64,000 bases of DNA from Desulfuromonadales bacterium (GCA_033549025.1 JAWSUS010000008.1:32001-96000); one strand, 5' to 3'. Shown: positions 46,240-55,597, counted from the first letter of the stretch. Numbers and translations: made by a program. Notes: generated by a model not told the origin, from the letters alone.

Positions 46240-47010
46240 TTACTGTTGAGGTTTCGCCGCCGCACTCGCGGTCGGCTCCGGCTTCGGCCGGGCGGCACTC
46301 GCCGCAGCTCCGGCTGCCGTGTTGTTGAAGGCTTTAACGAAGCTCGAAAAATCGAGGGGGATGACTTCGGGGAGTCGGCCGGTGCGGTCACCAGCGTCGT
46401 AGTTGGGACTGGGCTTGGTGCGCATCACGCGCTGCCAGACCGGCTTGCCGTCATCGCCGGTTTTCATGTCCAGATCGCAGAACAGGATCAGATCCACCAG
46501 GCCGGTGACCAGCTTCCGCGCCTTTTCCGGCAGCGTCGGCACGATGCGGGTGTGTTTGCCGGTCCGGGTCTCAATGTCCCGCTCCTGGGAGTGGGAGATC
46601 AGGATCAGCCCGTAGGGCAGGAAGGCCAGCTTGTTGATGACGCGCTGGAACTCGTTGTTGATCAGCGCGTAGCCCTTGCCGTAGCCCAGGTCGGATTCGT
46701 GCTCGATCTTGAATTTCTTGCAGACGTAGTCCGAGCACATCTTGTAGGCGTTATCCACCGTGTCGACGACGATGGTCTTGAACTCGTGCTTGCCCTCGGC
46801 GATTTCGGCGCAGGCCTGCAAGAGGTCGTCCCAGCAGGTGATCGGGGTCTGGAACACCTCCAGGGCGTTCAGGCCCGGCTCGGTCGCCAGGAACAGTGCG
46901 TCATCGGCCTTGGAGCACCAGGTGCTCTTGCCGATCTTGCTCGGGCCGTACACCAGGGCGGTGAGGTCCGAGAGCGTGTGTTTGGGTTTGCTTTTGGTCT
47001 TGGGAAGCAT
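46240..47010 (-). CDS. AAA_24 / Sak4-like ATPase
   Basis: YGPSKIGKST, TIVVDT, GYGKGY, ISHS. Confidence 0.85.
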   Translation of the reverse strand: MLPKTKSKPKHTLSDLTALVYGPSKIGKSTWCSKADDALFLATEPGLNALEVFQTPITCWDDLLQACAEIAEGKHEFKTIVVDTVDNAYKMCSDYVCKKFKIEHESDLGYGKGYALINNEFQRVINKLAFLPYGLILISHSQERDIETRTGKHTRIVPTLPEKARKLVTGLVDLILFCDLDMKTGDDGKPVWQRVMRTKPSPNYDAGDRTGRLPEVIPLDFSSFVKAFNNTAAGAAASAARPKPEPTASAAAKPQQ

Positions 47011-47036
47011 GGCTTCGTCTCCTTATGGTTGGGATT

Positions 47037-48053
47037 TCAAAACACCGGAGCGGCGTCTTCACCGGCTCCGTCCCGCAGCTCTTCGTGCGGGGCGATCCGT
47101 TGGAAATGGTTTTCGATGACGTTGGGGTTGCCGCCCGAGCGGCAGAGCTGGAAGTAGGCGCAGGGCCTTCCGTACTGGAAGCAGTAGCTGGTGTTGCGGT
47201 AGAAGGTGTCGCGCCGACGGGCGTCGAGCATGGCCTTGGAGAGTTCCCACAGCTCCGCCCGCAGTTCCTCGAACTGGTCGCGGGAGATGTAGAGCACTTC
47301 GCGATGGAACATGCCCGGCTCGAGGTACTTCTCCTGGAGCCGCTGCTGGAAGGTGTCGTCGTCCTCCGGCAGCTTGCGCTTGGCGCTGCTCTTGCCGGTT
47401 TTCGACTTGGCGAGCAGCTCCGCCCGGCGGGCCTCGAATTCGGCCTCGGTCTCACCCTTGCCCTGGCGCAGCTTGGCCTTGACCAGGACGTTGTAGATGA
47501 TGCCGCTGACCGTGATGCCGAGGGTCTGCTCCAGGTACCAGGCGTAGAGGATGATCTGGAAATCGGTCCACAGCCGCTCCAGGTAGCTGGCATCGATCTG
47601 TGAGGCGGTTTTGTGTTCCAGCAGAAAATACTGGCCATCCTGACGGACGATGCCGTCCACCTTCCCGGCGAGAATAAAACTGCGCGAGGTAGCCCCGGTC
47701 GCCGGGTTGACGATGGGATCTTCGAAGGTCTTCTCGAGCGCGACGACATCGAACTCTTCAGCCGGGTAGTGTTCCGCATAGGCGCTCATCATGGCCCTGG
47801 CGAGATGCCAGTCGGCCTGTTGATGATCGTCCTGCGCCCGGTTCGGATAGGTCCGGTCGATGTGGTCGAGGACCTTGGCCAGATCCCGCTCGCCGTGCCA
47901 GCACTCCAGGCAGTCGTGAATGACCGAGCCGAAGGCCAGATTGGGGTCGCGCTCGAGTGGCACCAGCTCGTCGATATAGCGCCACTTGCAGGCCATGCGG
48001 CAGTTGCGGAACAGCCGCCACATGGAATAGGTGGTGGTCATCAGCTCGCTCAT
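47037..48053 (-). CDS. PD-(D/E)XK exonuclease (RecB/Cas4-like)
   Basis: FGSVIH, GKVDG, LEHKT; C-terminal Cys cluster. Confidence 0.85.
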   Translation of the reverse strand: MSELMTTTYSMWRLFRNCRMACKWRYIDELVPLERDPNLAFGSVIHDCLECWHGERDLAKVLDHIDRTYPNRAQDDHQQADWHLARAMMSAYAEHYPAEEFDVVALEKTFEDPIVNPATGATSRSFILAGKVDGIVRQDGQYFLLEHKTASQIDASYLERLWTDFQIILYAWYLEQTLGITVSGIIYNVLVKAKLRQGKGETEAEFEARRAELLAKSKTGKSSAKRKLPEDDDTFQQRLQEKYLEPGMFHREVLYISRDQFEELRAELWELSKAMLDARRRDTFYRNTSYCFQYGRPCAYFQLCRSGGNPNVIENHFQRIAPHEELRDGAGEDAAPVF

Positions 48054-48388
48054 ACCGCCACCCCCGCTGCCGCAGCGGCGGGCGCTGCGCGATGCTTGGA
48101 GGCACAGGCGCAGCCCGACGGCTGGGATCGTTCGATCAGGACCGAGCGTTCGCCGTATTCCTTGGTGGCGAAGCCGGTGAAGATGCGGGCGAGGTCGCTG
48201 CCGACATCGGTGGAGGCGTCGATCACGCAGGTGCGTCGGGCCTTGTCCAGATTGAACCGGCTCTCCATCCGCACACGGGAACGGCCATGCAGGCTTTCGA
48301 CGGCCAGCATCGCCAGCATGAAAGTGTCTTCCAGTTCCTGGGCCGGGACCGACTCGTCAAAACGGTACTTGTAGGTGTCGTGAGTCAT
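48050..48388 (-). CDS. Hypothetical protein
   Basis: ATG 48388 with GAGGAG RBS; first gene after a motif copy. Confidence 0.7.
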   Translation of the reverse strand: MTHDTYKYRFDESVPAQELEDTFMLAMLAVESLHGRSRVRMESRFNLDKARRTCVIDASTDVGSDLARIFTGFATKEYGERSVLIERSQPSGCACASKHRAAPAAAAAGVAV

Positions 48389-48458
48389 GGTTGAACTCCT
48401 CTTTCGTTCAGGTTCTGATTTCCGAGGCCCCGGATAGCCGCACCATGCGGCACGGTGC

Positions 48459-48489
48459 TTACTTACCGGAGCCGGAGCCGATGCGTCGG
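48459..48489 (-). promoter_or_regulatory. Phage promoter motif upstream of the replication operon
   Basis: CCGAC-N15-CCGGTAAGTAA, 3 bp after the sigma stop codon. Confidence 0.8.
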
Positions 48490-48492
48490 AGA

Positions 48493-49077
48493 TCACAGGT
48501 AGTCCTCGAGCCCGGCCTCGCGGAATGCGTCCCGCAGCTTGCCCAGCCGGTCGTAGAGGGTGGTTCTGGGGATGCCCATCTCCCGGGCGATTTCGGCCAT
48601 GGTGCTGTCGTGCAGGCGCACGCACAGATCCCGGAGCTCTTCCGGAAGCGAGGCGATGGCCCGGTCGAGATCCATGCGGATCTCATGGGCGAGGCGCTCC
48701 CTTGTTTCGCGGGTGCCGCCTCCCAGAGAGCCCTCGCTATCTAGGAAGTCGATCCGCTCGGTGGTGTCGCCTTCGCCGTTGTCGAGGGGTTCGTTGAGCG
48801 AGGTTTGGCAGAGCCGCCAGTCCCGGCATTGGGCGAACCGTGCCTCCAGAATGGTGGAGATGTGACGTTCGACGATCCGGGCCATGAAGGTGGTCTTCTT
48901 GGCCTTGGCGGGATTGAAATGCCGCATCCGCTGCAGCAGATCGATCATCAGTTCCTGTTCGAGGTCGGGTCTGTCGTCCTCGGTGAATCCGGCCTTGCCT
49001 ACGAGTTGACGTGCTTTGTGCCGAATGAGGTCGGCGGCATACTTGTCGATGCCGTCGTAAGAATTCTGTGAAACCAT
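48493..49077 (-). CDS. Phage-encoded sigma-70/ECF-like sigma factor
   Basis: Region 2-like DLEQELMIDLL..FNPAK...TF; region 4-like DLDRAIASLPEELR...MAEIAREMGIPRTTLYDRL. Confidence 0.85.
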   Translation of the reverse strand: MVSQNSYDGIDKYAADLIRHKARQLVGKAGFTEDDRPDLEQELMIDLLQRMRHFNPAKAKKTTFMARIVERHISTILEARFAQCRDWRLCQTSLNEPLDNGEGDTTERIDFLDSEGSLGGGTRETRERLAHEIRMDLDRAIASLPEELRDLCVRLHDSTMAEIAREMGIPRTTLYDRLGKLRDAFREAGLEDYL

Positions 49078-49272
49078 CGGGGCCTCCTCGGAGCGAGGAG
49101 GAGGTCCGCGTGGGTGTCGGCACGGGCCAGATCACAGGACAAAGCTGTCGCGTGGGCGAAGGGGTCGCAGGTACGCCGCCAATTGCCGTATTCGGCTCGG
49201 CGACACCCACAACAGCCTCCGCCATGCGTCCAGCTTGTTGTCCAGTGTCTAAGGGTTCAGGTCGTTACGTGT

Positions 49273-49599
49273 TCAGGCTGCCCGTTCCTCGATGCGCATC
49301 AGGAACGGGAGACCGTGCTTGATCTCGAGCAGGCAGACTTTTCCGCTGCCCATCTGCGCGAGGTGCTCCAGCAGCGCCACGACCTCTTGCTTGAGGATGA
49401 AGTCATCCTGGTCGCGCTCGGGCCGGGGACCGCTCTGTCCGCCCAGCTTGATCTCGCGCTCGATGACCGTGTCAGGGGTGAGTTCCGGTTCGCCGTCGCG
49501 GATCGGAATGTTGGTGATGCGGCCGAAGTTGATGTCCTGCATCAACTCGATGAGTCGCCGCTTCGGTGGGGTGAGGTGTGCTTTGTTGACTTGTGCCAC
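49273..49599 (-). CDS. Hypothetical protein
   Basis: 108 aa, AAGGAG RBS with GTG start. Confidence 0.7.
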   Translation of the reverse strand: MAQVNKAHLTPPKRRLIELMQDINFGRITNIPIRDGEPELTPDTVIEREIKLGGQSGPRPERDQDDFILKQEVVALLEHLAQMGSGKVCLLEIKHGLPFLMRIEERAA

Positions 49600-49657
49600 T
49601 GCCAGTCTCCTTGTTCGGAAGTTCTGGCACGCCCGGTGGCCAACCCTGTGCTGACCA

Positions 49658-49708
49658 ATAAAAAACGCCGGATCGCGCCTTCATTGGGGAAGGCGCTACA
49701 TCCGGCGT
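49658..49708 (-). terminator. Intrinsic terminator/attenuator between the QueC-like gene and the sigma operon
   Basis: ACGCCGGAT..GCGCCTT / AAGGCGC..ATCCGGCGT stem followed by TTTTTTATT on the minus strand. Confidence 0.65.
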
Positions 49709-49772
49709 CGCAATGGCTACATTTGGCGTAGCGGAAATTTTTTTTAGTTTTTTCTTCCTGGGTGGTCCCGGG

Positions 49773-51875
49773 TCATTCGTTGACTATCGGACGGACCTCC
49801 CAAACGATCTCCTCTTCGGTCCGGTAGACCGGTTCGTTGCCGCACTTGATGGATTCCTTCAGGTGGGCAGCCAGCGGCTTGTCGTACTTCTCAAGATACT
49901 TGATGGCCCGGTTTACGGCGTTCCGGAAGGCGTCACGGACGTTCTTTCGCTTGTCGTTGGATTTCCGGAGTTTGCCACCCAAGCCAACAGCCTCGTTGAT
50001 CGCTGTGGTCACCTTTGCCATTTCTTCTTCAAGCCGCTGAATCTCGGCATCGTTGTTTTCTGCCCGTGCGTCTTCAATTTCTCGAAGAAGATCGTGAGCC
50101 GCCTCCCGGTACTGCTCGATAGCCTTGCGGTCGGCGACGAAGCCGGTATCGCCCAACGGAACCCCCTGGGTGACCTGAAAACCGTCTTCGGTTTCATCAG
50201 AGTTCAGAAACGTGTTGCAGGTATTGATGGCGAACCCGCAGACGATCTCGTAGACCGAGGTTTCCTTGTTCGGCCTTGCCAGGAGGAAATTGATGTACTC
50301 GGCCCCTTTATCAACACCCGTCACGAGCACTTCGGCGTTGCCGTTAAAGCGTGCAGCCCAGACACCCCCGCGCTTCCTGAAGTAGTTGTCCGGCTGATTC
50401 TGCTCAACCGGAATGGCGGGGACGGAGATTACCGATCCCGATTCATAGACCGTCCTGAGCAGGCAGTCTCCCGGCAAGGTTCGTTGGCGAATGGCGGTGA
50501 TGTTACGGCCAACCATGGTGTCCATTGCATCGCAGACCTCCTTGGCGTGGCGCTTGTAAAGATCATAAACCTTTTGTGCCACTCTTCCGGAGTTCCCATT
50601 AAGGTAGCGGAAGACCCGACTGACCTCGCTGAATCGGGCGATAAACTGGGTGATGTCGTCCTGCTCGCGTACCTGATTGGCACGCTCCAGGTACGCGGCT
50701 GTCATGATCTTGTCTTCATCCTTGCTTCTGCTTTGGGTGAAGATATCGGCCTTATAGGCTTCCACGGGGTCATGCTGATCCGCTTTTGCCGCAATCATGG
50801 CAAAACGCCTGTCGATGCACTGCGAACACGTTCCGCAATGCGTATGGTGATTGGTCATCTCCCAGGTATGGGTGCAGGTGGTCGATGCCGCGATCATGTC
50901 CTGGCATCCGGCCTTGGTGATCACCTCGATGACACCGGCCTTGGTTTTCCAGATGTAGGGATTCTCAATCGTGAACGGTTCGCCAGCCACCAGGCTGATG
51001 ATTTCCTGAAAGCCTCGGATCACCCTGGGGTGGGTGGTGCGTGTTGCCCGGCCTCCGACTACCTGAGCGCAGACCGGCAGATTCAAACTGATGACCCCGT
51101 TTTCGTAAAAACGGACGCTTTTCAGATTGAGCATTTTTGCGATGGTCGCCCCGATAGACACATAGAGGAAGGATCGGCTGCGCTGGGTGTACTCGTAGTT
51201 CAGTCCCTTGTTCTTGTTGACCCGGACGCCGATGTGTAGCGGGGCGTTTTCCCCAGCCTTGTCGGCAATCATCTTTTCCAGTCGCCGGTGGCGCGTGTTG
51301 AGCTTCGGTGTCGACTTGTGGGTAACAAGGACGACCTTGTGTTTTTCATTCAGAACTTCATCGATGGCTCCCGCCAGCGAGTCCAGCCCACCTGAAAACA
51401 TCACTACCTGTTCCGGATAGCCGAAGAGCCGTCCGTCATCATCAAATTTCAGATATCCCTGGAATGCCTGAGCCTCTTTCAGTTTGACGAACTCGAAGTG
51501 ATAGTTGTCATCAGACAAGAAACCAAGCGTGGAGCGCAGCGCCTGGTGGATATCGTCTCCGTTCCAAAAATCTGGCTTCCGCACCGGGATGATGAAGTGC
51601 AGATCCCTGCGCCAGCCATGGCCAAAAGAATCGACGTCGTCGGCCCCTCGTGGGATGGCCTGATCGGCACTGTAAACGTAGGTGGCGATTTCGAGCAGGT
51701 CCTGGAAAGAATCAGGCACGTCCTTGCTCATCTTTTTGTGGATGTCTTCAATGCGTAGGGTGATCTTGTCCGGCCCATCCTTGCCCCAAAGGCGCAGGCG
51801 CAGATCACGGTCAGGATTTTCTTCAATCCCATCGGTCGGTGCGTTCCCACAGATGATATATCGTTTATCTTGCAT
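49773..51875 (-). CDS. QueC/QatC-like PP-loop protein fused to C-terminal winged-helix domain
   Basis: MFSGGLDSL, QRSRSFLY, TRTTHP, NPY..TK, TC, HCGTCSQCIDRR. Confidence 0.85.
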   Translation of the reverse strand: MQDKRYIICGNAPTDGIEENPDRDLRLRLWGKDGPDKITLRIEDIHKKMSKDVPDSFQDLLEIATYVYSADQAIPRGADDVDSFGHGWRRDLHFIIPVRKPDFWNGDDIHQALRSTLGFLSDDNYHFEFVKLKEAQAFQGYLKFDDDGRLFGYPEQVVMFSGGLDSLAGAIDEVLNEKHKVVLVTHKSTPKLNTRHRRLEKMIADKAGENAPLHIGVRVNKNKGLNYEYTQRSRSFLYVSIGATIAKMLNLKSVRFYENGVISLNLPVCAQVVGGRATRTTHPRVIRGFQEIISLVAGEPFTIENPYIWKTKAGVIEVITKAGCQDMIAASTTCTHTWEMTNHHTHCGTCSQCIDRRFAMIAAKADQHDPVEAYKADIFTQSRSKDEDKIMTAAYLERANQVREQDDITQFIARFSEVSRVFRYLNGNSGRVAQKVYDLYKRHAKEVCDAMDTMVGRNITAIRQRTLPGDCLLRTVYESGSVISVPAIPVEQNQPDNYFRKRGGVWAARFNGNAEVLVTGVDKGAEYINFLLARPNKETSVYEIVCGFAINTCNTFLNSDETEDGFQVTQGVPLGDTGFVADRKAIEQYREAAHDLLREIEDARAENNDAEIQRLEEEMAKVTTAINEAVGLGGKLRKSNDKRKNVRDAFRNAVNRAIKYLEKYDKPLAAHLKESIKCGNEPVYRTEEEIVWEVRPIVNE

Positions 51876-52653
51876 CGGCTCGCGCTCCTTCTTTTAGCTC
51901 GTCCTTCATCTTTTTCAGCGCGTAAGAGGCGAAGCCATTGGAAGACTCCCTGGAGATGTCACCACCTTCTTCGTACCTGTGCTTCGAAAACCAATCTGCT
52001 GAAAACTGCTCGACGATCAGGGACGCCTCTTTACAGTGCGTGTTCAGAGCCTTCTCGAATTGTCCCATTTCATTCATGGTGGCAAAGCGCTGGCCCTCGC
52101 CCAGATGGGTAGCCAGCGTTTTTGAGAGGAAGTAGTTCATGCTCTCGTTGGTCAGCTTGGCGAAGAAAGTCCGCGACAGCTCTCCGAACTCCCGCTTTTT
52201 CCCGAGCGCTGCCAGTGCGGCCCGAACATCATCTGGCCCGGGGGCGAAGAGAGACGGCAGTTTGGGTGAGATGTGCTCTACCAGGGCTCCGACCAATGCA
52301 CGCTGAGACATTTCACCGAGGTCGGATCGGCCACCGTTGGACTCCAATTTGTTATCCAGGGCCTCGGAGACTGCGGCTGCAAGATCGGGAAGGGATGTAT
52401 CCTGCGGCAGGTTGACGCCGAGGGATTGGAGATGCTCGCCGAGGTTCTCCTTTTTTGCGGCAATGGCGAGTTGCGTCATCAACCAGACCGCCTCGGTGAA
52501 CCCCTCATCGTTGAGCACGAAGGTGAATGCTTTATCGGCTGCCCGGATTGTTGCGTTTGCGATTTGGGACACGTCGGCACCGGCCGTGATCAGGCCGACC
52601 ACCTCTTTCCATGCCCTCGACCTCGGAAGGCTTCCAAGTCTGACGTGCCCCAT
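51865..52653 (-). CDS. QatB-like helical partner protein
   Basis: Overlaps the QueC-like gene start; begins MGHVRLG; helical; assignment from context. Confidence 0.55.
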   Translation of the reverse strand: MGHVRLGSLPRSRAWKEVVGLITAGADVSQIANATIRAADKAFTFVLNDEGFTEAVWLMTQLAIAAKKENLGEHLQSLGVNLPQDTSLPDLAAAVSEALDNKLESNGGRSDLGEMSQRALVGALVEHISPKLPSLFAPGPDDVRAALAALGKKREFGELSRTFFAKLTNESMNYFLSKTLATHLGEGQRFATMNEMGQFEKALNTHCKEASLIVEQFSADWFSKHRYEEGGDISRESSNGFASYALKKMKDELKEGARADAR

Positions 52654-52686
52654 GTCGATCTCCTTATTTTTCGCGACCCAGCATCG

Positions 52687-52920
52687 TTATTCGGGCCTCC
52701 TGATGACGACGATGCTTCGGGCCTTACGAGCTTCTTTCTTCAGATAGCCTTTCCGTACCAGTTGAGCGATCTGCTCGTGGGCGCTCGCGTGGCTGATACC
52801 AAGGACTTCCGACAATTCCTTCACCGTTGGCGGCAACCCCTTTTCATCGATGATTTGGCAAATGACCCTCAGCGTGTTTGCTTGTGGGTCGGTTATTTCC
52901 GATACCTTTTTCTTTCCCAT
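52687..52920 (-). CDS. LexA-type winged-HTH repressor lacking the peptidase domain
   Basis: TDPQ...GLPPTVKELSEVLGIS.ASAHEQIAQLVRKGYL....KARSI; 77 aa. Confidence 0.85.
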   Translation of the reverse strand: MGKKKVSEITDPQANTLRVICQIIDEKGLPPTVKELSEVLGISHASAHEQIAQLVRKGYLKKEARKARSIVVIRRPE

Positions 52921-52983
52921 GGCGATTGCTCCGTGTCGTAGCCACTGAGCGGATTAAGCCCAATTTATGACCACAAAATATAC

Positions 52984-53003
52984 GACCTGATGAACATCAG
53001 GTC
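52984..53003. promoter_or_regulatory. Perfect palindrome, candidate operator
   Basis: GACCTGATG-AA-CATCAGGTC in the divergent intergenic region. Confidence 0.7.
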
Positions 53004-53033
53004 AATCAAAAAAACAGGACTTCTCGTCTGATT

Positions 53034-53064
53034 CCGTCATCTTGCACGTCCCTCCGGTAGGTAA
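53034..53064 (+). promoter_or_regulatory. Phage promoter motif variant facing the recombinase operon
   Basis: CCGTC-N15-CCGGTAGGTAA. Confidence 0.65.
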
Positions 53065-53493
53065 CGAACGCAAGTCCGGTTCAAGCCGGATGTAACCAGA
53101 TAACCGACCAGAGGCGGAGCTGAGGCGGTTGTGGGTGCCATAGAACGCGCATCCCGACCGCCACCGTTTTCTGGCATCCACACCATCCAGTCCCCCGGTC
53201 CCACCGGAGGTGTTCGATGTTGGATGTCCAGGAAATGAATGATGGGCCGGGGATGGATGACCTTGGCGAAAACGGCAAACCCGGCCGCTTGTCGGGTGAG
53301 GCGAGGCTCCAGTCAGCCGCTTCCATTCTGGCCACGGCGATCCTGCGCCGAAAGGCAAAAAACGCATGTGTGGGCAATGAGTTAGATGCTTTCGAAGATT
53401 CTTCCCCTGTGCTCGGAGAAGGACTTGATTCATTGCCGGAACAGAGCATTCATTCATGACAACTCGTCCGGAAAACAAAATAAGGAGTTGAAA

Positions 53494-54018
53494 ATGAATG
53501 AGTTACAGAACGCCGCCACCGGCGGCAAGAATCAGGACCGAACCCGAAACTCGGTCCTTCGGCAGATGGCCCTGCTGCAATCCATGTCCCTGGAGCAGCT
53601 CCGGGAAAAATGGCTCGACCTCTACGGAGAAGAGCCGCCCCAGTACAAAAAGCAATTCCTCATCAAGCGGCTGGCTTATCGCATCCAGGAGCTTTTCTAC
53701 GGCGGGCTGTCCGAGCAGGCCAAGGTCCATCTTCAGCAGGCCGCTAAGGAGGACCCGGTCGCCACTGTCAATCGACGCATCCCAGAGGAGCGGAAATCGA
53801 ACGAGGCGATCCTGCCCGGGACCAGACTAGTGCGGATCTGGAACGACCGGCGCTATGAGGTGATCGTCCTTGCCGATGGCTACGAGTTCGAAGGTCGCAC
53901 ATTCCGGTCGCTCAGCGCGGTGGCCAGGGAGATCACCGGGACGCGCTGGAACGGCAAAGTCTTTTTCGGGCTGAAGAAGGTTTACGGCAGAAAAGCCGAG
54001 GGAGGTTCGGATGCTTGA
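53494..54018 (+). CDS. DUF2924-family protein
   Basis: LAYRIQE..YGGL, PGTRLVRIW, SLSAVAREITGTRWNG..FFGL; AAGGAG RBS. Confidence 0.88.
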   Translation: MNELQNAATGGKNQDRTRNSVLRQMALLQSMSLEQLREKWLDLYGEEPPQYKKQFLIKRLAYRIQELFYGGLSEQAKVHLQQAAKEDPVATVNRRIPEERKSNEAILPGTRLVRIWNDRRYEVIVLADGYEFEGRTFRSLSAVAREITGTRWNGKVFFGLKKVYGRKAEGGSDA

Positions 54019-55597
54019 TAACAGCAATGTCGCGCCGGGCAAGAACAAGACCCTGCGCTGCGCCATTTACACACGCAAGAGTCATGAGGAAGGACTCGAA
54101 CAGGAGTTCAACTCGTTGGATGCGCAACGGGAATCGGCGGAACACTATATCGAAGCCCAGAGGATGCGGGGCTGGACGGCTCTGCCGGATCGCTATGACG
54201 ATGGTGGTTTCTCGGGCGGGAACATGGAGCGTCCGGGGCTACGCCGCCTGCTGGCGGATATAGACGCCGGGAAGATCGATGTGATCGTCGTCTACAAGGT
54301 CGACCGCCTGTCCCGCTCGCTGCTGGACTTCATGAAGATGATCGACCTCTTCAACGAAAAGGGCGTCAGCTTCGTCTCGGTCACCCAGCACTTCAGCACC
54401 ACCGATCCCACCGGCCGGATGTTTCTCGGCATCCTGATTACCTTCGCCCAGTACGAGCGGGAGGTCATCGCCGAACGTATCCGGGACAAGGTGGCGGCAG
54501 CCAAGCGCCGGGGAAAATACTGCGGCGGCGTGCCCATCCTCGGATACGACGTCGACCGGGATAACAAGAAGCTGCTGGTCAACCCGGATGAAGCCAGGAC
54601 GGTGCAGTACATCTTCCGCCGCTTCATCCAGATCGGCTCGGCCAAGAAGCTGGGCCAGGAATTGAACGAACAGGGGTACCGCACCAAGGCCTGGACCACC
54701 AAGAAAGGCAAGGTGCGCGAGGGCTCCGAATGGAACACCGCCCACATCTACCGGCTGCTCAACAACCGGATCTATATCGGCGAGATCGCCCACAAGGACC
54801 GCAGCTACCCCGGCGAGCACGAAGGGATCATCGACCGGGCGACCTGGGACAAGGTTCAGGCCATCCTGGAGGACAACAAACCGGTCAAGGTATCCATGGC
54901 CAGAACCAAAATGGTCGCCCCGCTGAAGGGTGTCATCCGCTGCGGCCACTGCGGCTGCTCGATGGGACCGACCTACGCCCGCAAGAACGGCCGCCACTAC
55001 ACCTATTACATCTGCCAGAAGGACAGCAAGCGGACCGTGAGCCGGTGCCCGCTCAAGCGGATTCCTGCCGGGGATATCGAGCAGGCCGTGGTCGAGCAGT
55101 TGAGCGCGGTGTTCCGCACACCGACGCTGGTGGCCAAAACTTACTTCGCGGCTCGGGACATTGAGCAGGTGGAGCGGGAGCGGCTGTTCAAGCAAAAAGC
55201 CCAACTCGAGATGGAGCTATCACAAGCGCGGGAGCAGGCACTTGAACTGATGAAACCCGGCAACGATCAGCCGGGCAAATCCGAGATGCTGACGACCGTC
55301 AACCGTCAGGCGGTCGAGCTCTCGAAACAACTGACCCATGTGAGCGAGCGCTGCAGAGCCTACCAGGGGAACAGCATCACGGAACAGGATGTGTCGGAGG
55401 CCTTCCAAAATGTCGAGGGCTTCTGGGAAGACCTTTTCCCGGTGGAGCGGAATCGCCTCATCCGCCTCCTGGTGGACAAGGTGGAGATCCGCGAGACTGG
55501 AATCGACATGGAGCTGCGCACCAACGGGCTGACAACGCTCATCGCCGAGCTGGCCGGTCTGGCATGCGAAGTCACTGAACGGAGAGCAAGCCGATGA
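54011..55597 (+). CDS. Large serine recombinase
   Basis: CAIYTRKS, YDDGGFSG, DRLSRS, recombinase domain, CGHC zinc ribbon. Confidence 0.95.
   Translation: MLDNSNVAPGKNKTLRCAIYTRKSHEEGLEQEFNSLDAQRESAEHYIEAQRMRGWTALPDRYDDGGFSGGNMERPGLRRLLADIDAGKIDVIVVYKVDRLSRSLLDFMKMIDLFNEKGVSFVSVTQHFSTTDPTGRMFLGILITFAQYEREVIAERIRDKVAAAKRRGKYCGGVPILGYDVDRDNKKLLVNPDEARTVQYIFRRFIQIGSAKKLGQELNEQGYRTKAWTTKKGKVREGSEWNTAHIYRLLNNRIYIGEIAHKDRSYPGEHEGIIDRATWDKVQAILEDNKPVKVSMARTKMVAPLKGVIRCGHCGCSMGPTYARKNGRHYTYYICQKDSKRTVSRCPLKRIPAGDIEQAVVEQLSAVFRTPTLVAKTYFAARDIEQVERERLFKQKAQLEMELSQAREQALELMKPGNDQPGKSEMLTTVNRQAVELSKQLTHVSERCRAYQGNSITEQDVSEAFQNVEGFWEDLFPVERNRLIRLLVDKVEIRETGIDMELRTNGLTTLIAELAGLACEVTERRASR

Noticed and set aside
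47037..48053. Cas4 / CRISPR adaptation gene
   Set aside because: Sits in a phage recombination operon with Sak4-like ATPase and SSB; ordinary phage exonuclease
49773..51875. Housekeeping queC for queuosine synthesis or a dpd DNA-modification cluster
   Set aside because: Much longer than QueC, with extra domains, and no queD/queE/folE/dpdA nearby
53217..53459. 80-aa plus-strand ORF before DUF2924
   Set aside because: Possibly real (GGAGG upstream) but no recognisable motif; not enough support to list
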